Shown here piece by piece: positions 26,410 through 37,069 of a stretch of DNA of 64,000 nt. Source of the DNA: Dipteris shenzhenensis. Its lineage: Eukaryota. Position 1 is the first letter of the stretch; the number at the start of each line of letters is the position of its first letter. Location: assembly GCA_047967505.1 (NCBI GenBank), contig CM106538.1; one strand, given 5' to 3'. The position numbers and the translations under genes are program-made. The notes beneath the pieces were generated by a model. The model had not been told where the DNA came from. It did not search any database and saw nothing but the letters and a program-made list of their open reading frames with translations.

Positions 26410-26690
26410 TGCTTAATTGTATAGATCTAGCCAAAATTTTAAATTGTATATATAATATAATGGCGAAAGTTTCCAAATATATTTATTTTTTATATAAAAC
26501 TTTGGCGGATTTTCATGGACTTTATTTATAATTTTATAATCTTAAAGGCTAAACCTAGCTCTTTTTTTAATTTTAGTTTCAAATTGTGGCGAATATACTA
26601 AGCTTTTATTTTTATAAAAGCATATAAACTTTCACAAGGCATATAAAACTTTCGCTTATTAACGAAACTAACGCGAAAAAATCATCCCTG
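26410..26690. mobile_element. Orphan hAT-like transposon end
   Basis: Ends ...aaaaaatcatccctg (reverse complement CAGGGATGA, as in the Ac/Ds TIR), with subterminal ggcgaa-type motifs. It lies exactly at the junction back into the satellite. No matching second end found. Confidence 0.55.
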
Positions 26691-29600
26691 GAGCTTATCT
26701 TTTTTCCCTCTTCTCTTATTCTCTCTTTCCCCCTTCTCTATGTCCCCGTTCTCTCTTTTTCCTTCTCTCTTTCCTTTCCCTCTTATTCTCTATTTCCCCC
26801 TTCTCTCATTCTCTATTTCCGCATAAGCTCATGCTCATGCATGAGCATAAGCTCATATGCTTCTCTCATTCCCCCTTCTCTATTTCCCCCTTCTCTCATT
26901 CTCTATTTCCACATAAGCTTATGCTTATGCTTCTCTCATTCCCCCTTCTCTATTTCTGTATAAGCTCATGCTTATGCTTCTCTCTTTCCCCCTTCTCTAT
27001 TTCCCCCTTCTCTCATTCTCTATTTCCGCATAAGCTTATGCTTATGCTTCTCTCATTCCCCCTTCTCTATTTCCCCCTTCTCTATTTCCGCATAAGCTCA
27101 TGCTTATGCTTCTCTCTTTCCCCCTTCTCTATTTCCCCCTTCTCTCATTCTATATTTCCGCATAAGCTTATGCTTATGCTTCTCTCATTCCCCCTTCTCT
27201 ATTTCCCCCTTCTCTATTTCCGCATAAGCTCATGCTTATGCTTCTCTCTTTCCCCCTTCTCTATTTCCCCCTTCTCTCATGAGCTTATGCGGAAATAGAG
27301 AATGAGAGAAGGGGGAAATAGAGAAGGGGGAAAGAGAGAAGCATAAGCATGAGCTTATGCGGAAATAGAGAAGGGGGAATGGGAGAAGCATAAGCATAAG
27401 CTTATGCGGAAATAGAGAATGAGAGAAGGGGGAAATAGAGAAGGGGGAAATGAGCTTATGCGGAAATACAGAATGAGAGAAGCATAAGCTCATGCTTATG
27501 CTTCTCTCATTCTCTATTTCCGCATAAGCTCATTCTCTATTTCTGCATAAGCTCATGCTTATGCTTCTCTCATTCTCTATTTCCACATAAGCTCATTCTC
27601 TAGCGTCCGCATAAGCTCATGCTTATGCTTCTCTCTTTCCCCCCTCTCTATTTCCCCCCTCTCTATTTCCCCCTTCTCATGCTTATGCTTCTCTCTTTCT
27701 CCCTTCTCATTCTCTATTTCCGCATAAGCTCTCATAAGCATAAGCATGAGCTTATGCAGAAATAGAGAATGAGAGAAGCATAAGCATAAGCATAAGCTCA
27801 TGCTTATGCTTCTCTCTTTCCCCCTTCTCTCATTCTCTATTTCTGCATAAGCTCATGCTTATGCTTCTCTCTGATGGGATATCTCAAGGTGTATGCCTTA
27901 GGCACACCTTGGTTTCTATGTGTGAGTGCTAGAGGCATAGTTAGGTGCCCATAAGCACAGTTAGGTGGTGGAAGAGCCACATAGGATGATTGAGAGAATC
28001 TAGGAGCAGATTGAGGAGATGATTGTGGAGCTCTGAAGTCATCAGTGATGTCAGTGAGCATGTATGAGGTGCCTACTTAAGGACCTCACTCTTCTTCATT
28101 CTACAAGCAAGTAATGCAAGTATTCTGAGTTTGTGTCCACTCTTTCCTTTCCTTTCAGTTTACCAACATGGTATCAGAGCCCTTTGATCCCCCTTGAGCC
28201 CATTTTTTGCCACATCATCATCTTCTTCTTCATCTTCTTCTTCACCATCTCTCCCTCTTCTTCCCAAAGTTTGCTTAAGCTTGTTCTCCTCTGGTTCTCA
28301 GCCATTTCCCACGTCCTTCCTGCTGGAGATCCACCTTGAAGGGGTGAACCTCTGGCTGAGAGGAATCAAAGAAAACCATGCCCGTTTCGTCGCCATTACA
28401 CGATTTCCGTCAATTCTTCCTTCTGCGTTTTCTCTCAGCCCACCTTATCTTCCTCTAATTTCTTTCAGGGGTAGATTCTCCATGCCTTGGGCTATCTTGT
28501 GCTGAAATCTAAGCAGCAATGGTTGCCTATTCAAGCTGAAAACAGAGAAAAACCAATCGATGTTGGAAAGGCAAGCTATGGAGTTCTGACGCCTTTTTGC
28601 ACCTCTTCTTCCCAGAGGATCTTCTGTGGTATAACAGCTCTCTTTTGCCTTAAAAACCCCCTTTTCCTTTGCTTTAAAGAGTGAGCTACAAGCCCTCCAA
28701 TTTCAGTCTTTTAGTTTTGACAGTTTTGGACAAGTTTTTGAAGATGATGCTACATAAAATGCTACTCTAGCATTTCTGGTTTTTTGAAACTTTTAATAAC
28801 TTCAGTACAAGTGTGGCTTTAGTTTTGTTTTGGATTGCTAGACCTAGTTTTGATTGGAAAGTATTCATTTTAGCCACTTCTATGAAGCATGTAAGAAGAA
28901 GCATCATTGATTGAATATTGGTCACTAGTCTTTGCTACATCAAGTGCTCATATTTTGGAAGTCTTTCAGTTATTTTTTGCCTTGTAAGAGAGATAGAAAC
29001 TACCCAATATCTGGGTTAGACCCTCTCATGGCTACCCTATATGAATCTAGAGAAGTTCAATGGAAAGGGCTTCCACACATGGCAGATGAAGGTGAAATTT
29101 GCATTGATGAGGGAGAACTTATGGGGACTTGTCAAACCGACTCCTACCGCTTCTTCTATGGCCTCCAATGCTGGAGAATCCTCAACTCCGACACGACCGG
29201 CAAGGGATCCAGCTAAAGAAGAAAGGCATATGGAGCTCAGGAAAGGCAATGATACTGTTTATGCTGTAAAAGTCTAGAAGAGCAAGTATACCCCTTGCAA
29301 TCACTGTGGAAAGACAAATCACCTTTCAAAGGACTGCTTCAAAATTAATCCATGCAAGCACTATGGCAAGAACAACCATAATGAGAAGTTTTGCAGACCC
29401 AAAGCAAAGACAGAAAATGCAAATCTACTTTCAGTTGATGAGCCTCCACAAGATGAGGCATCCTTTGAAGATTATGTATTTTAAAACATCTCTATGTATG
29501 CTCCAGATCTCTCTTTTTATGTCAAGGTACTCAGCCTGGATAGTCCTCCAAAATGAATGAAAATAAACTATTGTGTTTTGTGTGTTTTGTAAACACCTCT

Positions 29601-30790
29601 GGTCACCTTATGATGTAGGCCATGTGTAGGTTTTGCTCCATGGTACCTCCTGCAGACATTGTGTGCATGTACATGCAGGGGAGATAACCATTGGAAGGTC
29701 TTTTTGTATCCCTTTTGTTTACCTTACACCCAAGGGAACCCTTGCTAGCATGAGAACCTAGCCATAGATTTATCCTTGACCACCATGAGATGGCATGAGA
29801 AACTATGAGACTAGATGTATCCTTGACATAGCCTGAGGCATTCCCTTGAGGGGGGGTTTGATGGGATATCTCAAGGTGTATGCCTCAGGCACACCTTGGT
29901 TTCTATGTGTGAGTGCTAGAGGCACAGTTAGGTGCCCATAAGCACAGTTAGGTGGTGGAAGAGCCACATAGGATGATTGAGAGAATCTAGGAGCAGATTG
30001 AGGAGATGATTGTGGAGCTCTGAAGTCATCAGTGATGTCAGTGAGCATGTATGAGGTGTCTACTTAAGGACCTCCCTCTTCTTCATTCTACAAGCAAGTA
30101 ATGCAAGTATTCTGAGTTTGTGTCCACTCTTTCCTTTCCTTTCAGTTTACCAACACTCTCTTTCCCTCTTCTCTATTTCCGCATAAGCTCGCATAAGCTC
30201 ATGCTTATGCTTCTCTCTTTCCCCCCTCTCTATTTCCCCCTTCTCTCATTCTCTATTTCCGCATAAGCTTATGCTTATGCATGAGCTTATGCAGAAATAG
30301 AGAATGAGAGAAGCATAAGCTCATGCTTATGCTTCTCTCATTCTCTATTTCCGCATAAGCTCATTCTCTGTTTCCGCATAAGCTCATGCTTATGCTTCTC
30401 TCTTTTCCCCTTCTCTATTTCCCCCTTCTCTCATTCTCTATTTCTGCATAAGCTCATTCTCTATTTCCACATAAGCTCATGCTTATGCTTCTCTCATTCT
30501 CTATTTCTGCATAAGCTCATTCTCTATTTCCGCATAAGCTCATGCTTATGCTTCTCTCTTTCCCTCTTCTCTATTTCCCCCTCCTCTCATTCTCTATTTC
30601 CGCATAAGGTCATTCTCTAGCTTCTCTCTTTTCCCCTTCTCTATTTCCCCCTTCTCTCATTCTCTATTTCTGCATAAGCATAGGCATGAGCTTATTCTCT
30701 CGAACTCTTATTCTCTATTTCCCTCTTCTCCCTCTTCTCTTTCCTTTCCCTCTTCTTTCCCTCTTCTTTCCTTTCCCTCTTCTTTCTTCT
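26691..30790. repeat. Pyrimidine-rich satellite, right part, with inverted blocks; interrupted by an LTR element
   Basis: Same units as 17900-18570. Reverse-complement blocks at about 27280-27485, 27735-27800 and 30280-30320. Confidence 0.92.
27872..30155 (+). mobile_element. Non-autonomous Ty1/Copia-derived LTR element, 2284 bp
   Basis: 297-bp LTRs TG..CA at 27872-28168 and 29859-30155, with 4 mismatches by eye. TSD CTCTC. PBS TGGTATCAGAGC (tRNA-iMet) at 28169. PPT gaggggggg before the 3' LTR. Gag remnants EKFNGKGFHTWQMKVKFALMRENLWGLV and CNHCGKTNHLSKDC. Confidence 0.96.
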
Positions 30791-30867
30791 TGCCTATGCC
30801 TATGCCTATGCCTATGCTTATGTTTGTTTTTTTGTTTTTTGTTTTTGTGTTTGTGTCTATGTTAGAC

Positions 30868-32415
30868 ATGGGATCACATCACTCATCTGATGAGTACGGA
30901 CAGCCTCACAGGAGAAGAGCTCATGATCTTTATGGTCCAGAGGACTTTGATTCCTCTCAGGCGACTACCCCGAGGACTACCCCTGGTCCGACTCCTCTCG
31001 GACCTAGCACTACGACTACCCCTGGTCTGACTCCTCTTCCACACAGCACTGCGACTACCCCTCGGGGAACTCCTTTGCTAGCTGTGCATGGCTTTGTTGG
31101 GAGTGCCGACGAGTTTTTAGCATAGATGAGCGATGAGGAGGCAATGAGATTCTTCTCTCTGCTATCTTAGAGGACCTCAGAAATTCCCTCCCCTACACTG
31201 ACGGGTGGACGTACTGCCCAGCCGTCCCCTCGTGCCCCTTCGACTGCAGGGTCATCACCTGCGCATGTGTCTTGCAAGGGAAGGAAGAGTAGGACAGGCG
31301 GCTCATGTTGTGCTGACTCGGGAGATGTAGACAAGTCAGCACACTCACGCTCCTTTAGGTCTCCACTTGGTCCGGAGACACAGTATCAGTCAGGTCCCTT
31401 TCCCTCTCCTACTCCCACTACTACTCCTCGCTCCGGAAGTGCTCGCGCAGCTTCCACTCCTTCTGACTCTGCTACCGTCAGTCCTCCTTACTCATTAGGG
31501 GATCTCTCCTATCAAATCACAGCTATCGGAGAGATAATAGAAGATACAAAGGGCAAAGTAGTGATGGCCGCCATGAGGAAGTTGATGAGTCATCACTTCA
31601 AGAGCGGCATAAATATCGATTGGCAGTATCAAGATGCCCAAAAGAAGTAGGCGGTCATCGATGAGTTAAAACAAAGATACCCTAATCCACCAAATGTGGA
31701 GTTTTATGACGATTATATGCGAGAGCGCATGGGTTTGAATCGTAGATCAACCTTGCATACTTCCATCACAAAGGGGTTGGCTAAACCCAGCTGGGCAGAC
31801 AAAGCTGATTGGAAGTACTTCAAGAAGCAACATAGGGACCATCCTGAATTGTTCGAGGGTCAGAAGAGGGCTGCGAAGAGATGGCTAGACGTCGTAGGTA
31901 CTTTGCACTTTGGTGCAGGCGGACGGTATGCGTTCGAGGCAACCGTGGTAAGTCTACTTATTCTCATTTAATGTATGGTTCTATTTGTTTTACTACATAA
32001 TTACATGCACTTTAGCTAACTCTAACTCTTGTAAATTGGATCCACAGCAAGCTGCGATGGGTCGTCTTCCTACAGATGCAGAGACGTGATGCACATTTCG
32101 GATAGGAACAAAGCTGTGGTTCATTGAGCAAGAGGCAATGGGAGCGACGGTCGATTGGGCTGAGGTGGCTGCTCGCACGGTATAAGTTTACTCCTACTTG
32201 TAATCTCACTTTTTAATTTAAGTTCCAATGTAATTTTCGATTTATATGGTTCACTCTTAGGGTCAAAGCTCAAGCGTCCCATCATCGGCGGAGGCGAGTG
32301 ACCAACAGGGCCAAGGATCATAGACGCAGGTGGCGAGGACGAAGGAGAAGACGTAGGTGTCGAGGACCAAGGAACAGGCCAACAAGACGAGGATGATTCG
32401 GATTCGTCGGATGAG
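30868..32415 (+). pseudogene. Second CACTA gene (TnpA-like, inferred), three coding exons, several stops
   Basis: ATG at 30868 follows an acceptor (gttag). Ser/Thr/Pro-rich N-terminus, then KPSWADKADWKYF...HFGAGGRY. Introns at about 31948-32047 and 32179-32260. Acidic C-terminus. Lies just inside the right CACTA end. Confidence 0.6.
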
Positions 32416-33835
32416 TAGTAGTGGTAGTAGCATTTTGTATATCTGCTTGTTTGATCAATTTTGTATCGCCCTTTCGAAAGGGTAATTTTGTTACAAACAA
32501 TGTTGTATATGTCCGACATGTATATGCTTTTGTTGCTCATCATTTCACAAGAGCGATTTTGTATCACCCTTTTCGCAAGGGAAATTTTGTTATAAAAAAA
32601 CTTTGTTTTGTAATTACAAAAAAAAAAAAGGATTAGTGGAGCTAAACAGGGCCAAAAGGAAGCCCTGTTTAGCCCCACTAACCCTTTTTTTAACTTCTGT
32701 TAAACGTCGCTATATAGCGACGTTTACCAGTGTTGCTATATAGTGACGATTAACAGTGTCACTATAAAGCGACGTTTCCAGTGTCGCTATATAGCGACGT
32801 TTGCCAGTGTCGCTATATAGCGACGGTCCTTTTTCGATACTTTTAGCGACACTTATAGCGACGTTTGCAACCGTGAAAAAAAAAAATTTATTGTAAAAAG
32901 CGTCGGTATTTTTGTCAGAAAATGGCCTATGCCTTGTAGTGATTCAAGTGGCTAGTCCCTAATTGAGAAATTTCAAGAGCCACATAAACGATCCCTTGAA
33001 ACTCTGATTGCCTTGAAATCGGAGCTCTCACTATGCAAGTCTGAAACGTTCGAACACTGGACGCTCAGTGATTTTTCTTGATTATCCACGGTTACGTCGC
33101 CTCGTGGGAACCTTGAGGTGACCTTCGTCGACTTTGAACTCACAAGCGATCCTATGAATACACCACGATTGACTAAGAAACGAGTCACGAGCTCCAGCTA
33201 GAGGAAAATGAGGCGAGAGACGGCGACTCCCTCAGTTCTCGCAATTCAACGGTGAGAAAAATGACGATGATGAGATCCAAATTGTTTCAACGAGCGGCTT
33301 CTACAACGATACAAATTGTTTCAACGAAATATTCAAGTAACCAAAACATGAGCATACGTAATTTGAATTTGACTCATCACACCGATTGAATTGCATGGCA
33401 GCAGCGAGAAATCCACGTAAAATGACGTCATTTGCCTTGCTGCTGTTTTCCTCCTTGCTTTGAAAACCTGTCCCTTCTTGCAAGCTTTTGACCTGTAGCC
33501 AACCCCGCAACCCAACCTGCTCACGAGAAGGTTACAAATAACCTCTTTGTCTCATGATCGCCATAGTCAGAAACTAGCTCTGCTTCCATCCTGATCCTGC
33601 TTCTTGATTCTGTCCTCCTGCTTCTGATTTTTGTTCCTCGTACAACCTTACCTTGTCGTGGGGATTACCTCTACCTCTTCCACTCAATCTTTACTAAGTT
33701 CATAGCTGCTGCCATCTGTAATCGTCTTTCGGCACAAAGCATTTTGATGTCATAATTCTGTGCCGAGGAGCAACCAAGGGCGGACGTAGATCAGTGTGCA
33801 TTCGTGCAGGAGCTAGTGTAGCCTCGTTAAGGTTG

Positions 33836-34264
33836 ATGTCTTCAAGCAACAAGCTGCCTTTGTGCGGGCCTTTATGCCTTCTTTTAATCATAGGAATATT
33901 ATTAGTGCTCCCAGTTGAGTCCCGCAGAATACAATCATCTCCTTACCACCGTTTTCGAACCCGCCAGAGACAGGAGGGATAGATGCCCCAAATCCTCCCC
34001 ATCTCACCGAATAGCCAGAGGCCTAGCAGAAGATCGCACGCACGAGAAAACGCTGACGGGCAAAGAAGGCTGCTAGATGACACAAATCAAACCATACCAG
34101 CTGCGGACTTGGCACCAAGGTTCTCTAATCGCAAAGTCCTTAGAACTGTTGTTGACCAACGGCAGGCTTCCTTCCAAGCTGCAGCTGCTCATTTCCAATT
34201 CGACAGACTGAACACTCCAGGTTCAGGTCCGAACCCTGGAGGCAATTCAATACCAGCACCGTGA
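33836..34264 (+). pseudogene. Diverged paralogue (copy C) of the secreted peptide precursor, with one in-frame TAG at 33980-33982
   Basis: MSSSNKLPLCGPLCLLLIIGILLVLPVESRR...RQRQEG*MPQ...RRLL...NRKVLR...FQFDRLNTPGSGPNPGGNSIPAP. It aligns end to end with copies A and B in one frame. Confidence 0.85.
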
Positions 34265-35385
34265 TTGTCTCAAGGACTCAATCACAAACGACATATAGTC
34301 TTTGCAACAAGGTTGTACAATCCTTCACGCTATTCTGCAAATATCTGCTTTTGGAAGCTGATATAAACCATGCGAGACGATAGGGCTATTCTTGATTTAG
34401 ACGAATCGATCACTTAAAATAAGTTCGCAGTTGGTTCAAACAATGTACTGTGTTAAAATAAATTCATTGTACAGTGTCTTTTTTTGGATAGCCCGTAAGT
34501 TAAAATCTTCCTTCAATTTTGTGGCAAATTACATGAAAGAAAACCTAGAAAATTTGTGAATTACTACCCCAAAAAGAGTTGAGGCGATTCTGTGTATTAT
34601 TATTCCAAGAGTTGGTGGAATTCTAAAAGCCTAACTATAGAATCTATCTAGGTAGAATTATACATACATTGTAAGTAATGGATGGCAAACTTCTTCATAT
34701 ATCTTATACTTCTACTCTCCTACGATAATGGACTTTGTATTTCTAACTACAAGTTATAGAATTCTAAAACCTTGTGTCATAGGAAGGTCCATAGTTTATA
34801 TGATGAAAATGATTTGACTAGGGTTAACAAAGACATTTCGAACTTATTATTCTGGAAGTTTTCTATGCAATAATTCTTTGAAACAATGATTCATTATGAT
34901 GTCTGAGTGAATAAACAAGTAAGATTTTCCAATTTAAAAAATAATCGATTCCGTTCACATATGACAAGGTATAAAACTATTAAGAATCCATGATTGATAT
35001 GTCACTATCCAATATTGTCTCAATGAGAATATTCAAAAGATTAAAGTTCAAAATACTTTTGGAAGTGCATGACGAATATGCATTTAACTTCAAAATGCTT
35101 TTGGAAGTACATGATGAATATACATTTAACTTGCCAATGGGTCTTCTTGTTTCTCATTATATTCATAATCTTGTCTTATATATTTCAAAATGAAGCAAAA
35201 TCAATGCGGTGATGAGAGGTGGTATTAGACAAAAGGTAGCAACATGCAGCAATATCATTTTGCTTTTATACTACTAAAAGCTACGAGCTGTTTATGTGCA
35301 AAAAATCAAAGCTTTTAGACAAGATTAATTATGATGTCTAATAATGTGGGTTAGGTTGAAATTCTTGTTGTTTACAATTACGGTT

Positions 35386-35418
<33 letters not shown>

Positions 35419-35419
<1 letters not shown>

Positions 35420-36677
35420 TCGGGGGGTTCACCTCAAAAATTTTAGTGTACCACGTGCCTCCCACGTGCATTCAAAAGTAGGGGTATTTTAATTCATCTT
35501 TTGGAAAACATTTAACAGGATTACAATAATAGGAGGGGTTTGAAATCCCATTAGTTCACAAGTAAAGAGGGGTGGTTTTATTGGGGTGGAGATTTTAGTT
35601 GAGGGATTGAATACCTCTTGAATGCACATGGGGAAAAATCTTTTGGCGAGCTTTTTAATGTGAGCTTTTTTACCATTTCCTTTGTTTTTGCGAGCTTTTT
35701 TTAGAAATCCATACATGTTTTTGTTATAAGAAAGCTGGGGAGGTTAGAAAGAGGGGGAGAGGATATAGGATATGTTCATTTTCATAGCATGTGGAAGGGG
35801 TGGAAGAGTGTATACTATGCACAAGGGGGGGGCGAATATGAGTGGCAGTAGGAGGCAAAAAATTATGGAAGATATGTCCATATTCAAAGTAGAAGGGAGT
35901 AACTATGGGAGATATGTTCATTTTAAAAGTGTATAATTTGAAACTTTTGACCTCATATTTGGATTCCTCGTTGAATTTTGGTCATTTTGAGTACCAACAT
36001 GACGATATTCCGATAAAAATTGGAAAAATGGTGTTTTTGTCATTTTAGCCTGTTTTGGGCCTATTTTGAGTCTGCGCTAGCGTAGACTCAAAATAGGCCC
36101 AAAACAGGTCAAAATGAATTCATGACAAAAACACCATTTTTCCAATTTTTATCGGAATATGGTCATGTTGGTACTCAAAATGACCGGAATTCGACGAGGA
36201 ATCCAAATATGAGGTCAAATATATCAAATTATACACTTTGAAAATGAACAAATTTCCCATATGCTCTCCCTTCCCCTTTACATTTAGTAGATGAACATAA
36301 GTTTCACATTCCTCATCTCCTCTCTCCTCCTTGCACTCCTCTTTGCATACCTTATAAGTTCTCGCTCTAACTATGATAACAAATATATGTTCCAACTCCC
36401 CTCCCCTCCCTTCTCCATGCCACTTTACCCATGCGACCATCCCTTCCCTTTTCCTTTATCTCCCCTCCCCCCCCTCTCTCCTCTTAACTACAACCATAAC
36501 CTAAACTTTCCACCCACCCCACTCCATGAAACCCCCCCTCCCCCTCTCTCTCTCTCAGGTGAATGAAAAGCTCACAATATTCATGAAAATTTAAAAAAAG
36601 CTCATGACAAAAAGCTCACAAAAAAATCACACCCATGCACATGATACATATGGTTTTTTAGTAGCGCACCCCCCGAG
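35419..36677. mobile_element. Foldback MITE, 1259 bp, TIR CTCGGGGGGT, 8-bp TSD GAGAGAGA, central palindrome
   Basis: TSD at 35411-35418 and 36678-36685. Near-perfect inverted arms at about 35915-36078 and 36079-36250. Confidence 0.85.
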
Positions 36678-37069
36678 GAGAGAGACGAGAGAGAGAGAGA
36701 GAGAGATACAACCTTTTTTCATTCATACAATATTTTGTTAATTGATGCAATATTTAAAGATTAACCAACGGATATCATGTGGCAAAGCCATAGGATTAGA
36801 TCAAGATATTAGAAGGCATTTATTTGTGAATGAAGAGTAGGTTTGAAATGTTAGCTAATATAAGTTTTTTCTACATAAGAAATACTTTTTATCCATTATT
36901 TGATCCAAAAAATGACCTTTATTGTTTGCTTGTTTTAGTACTCTGGTTTCCCATCTTTTTGCTCCCTTGAAAAATTAGGGATTTACTGAGGTTTAAAGCA
37001 ATCAATTCAAATTCGTGATTTAAAATGTTTAAAACATCTAGTGCAAAAAAAACCATGCTTAAAATCATC

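Larger units (their letters stand above)
12114..32941 (-). mobile_element. CACTA (En/Spm) transposon 1, 20.8 kb including nested insertions
   Basis: Begins CACTAC (12114) and ends GTAGTG (32941). 3-bp TSD ATT at 12111-12113 and 32942-32944. Subterminal gtcgctatatagcgac palindrome arrays at about 12205-12300 and 32705-32865. Confidence 0.96.

Noticed and set aside
18571-26690. Helitron as the carrier of the captured genes
   Set aside because: No CTRR 3' end with a hairpin and no A|T target site seen at either junction.
32700-32870. CRISPR-like regularly spaced palindromic repeats (also 12205-12300, 53438-53595, 56610-56740)
   Set aside because: These are CACTA subterminal repeats with very short spacers. 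The context is eukaryotic and there are no cas genes.
33980-33982. U-to-C RNA editing rescuing the stop codon
   Set aside because: Such editing is established for organellar transcripts of ferns, hornworts and some lycophytes, not for nuclear mRNAs.
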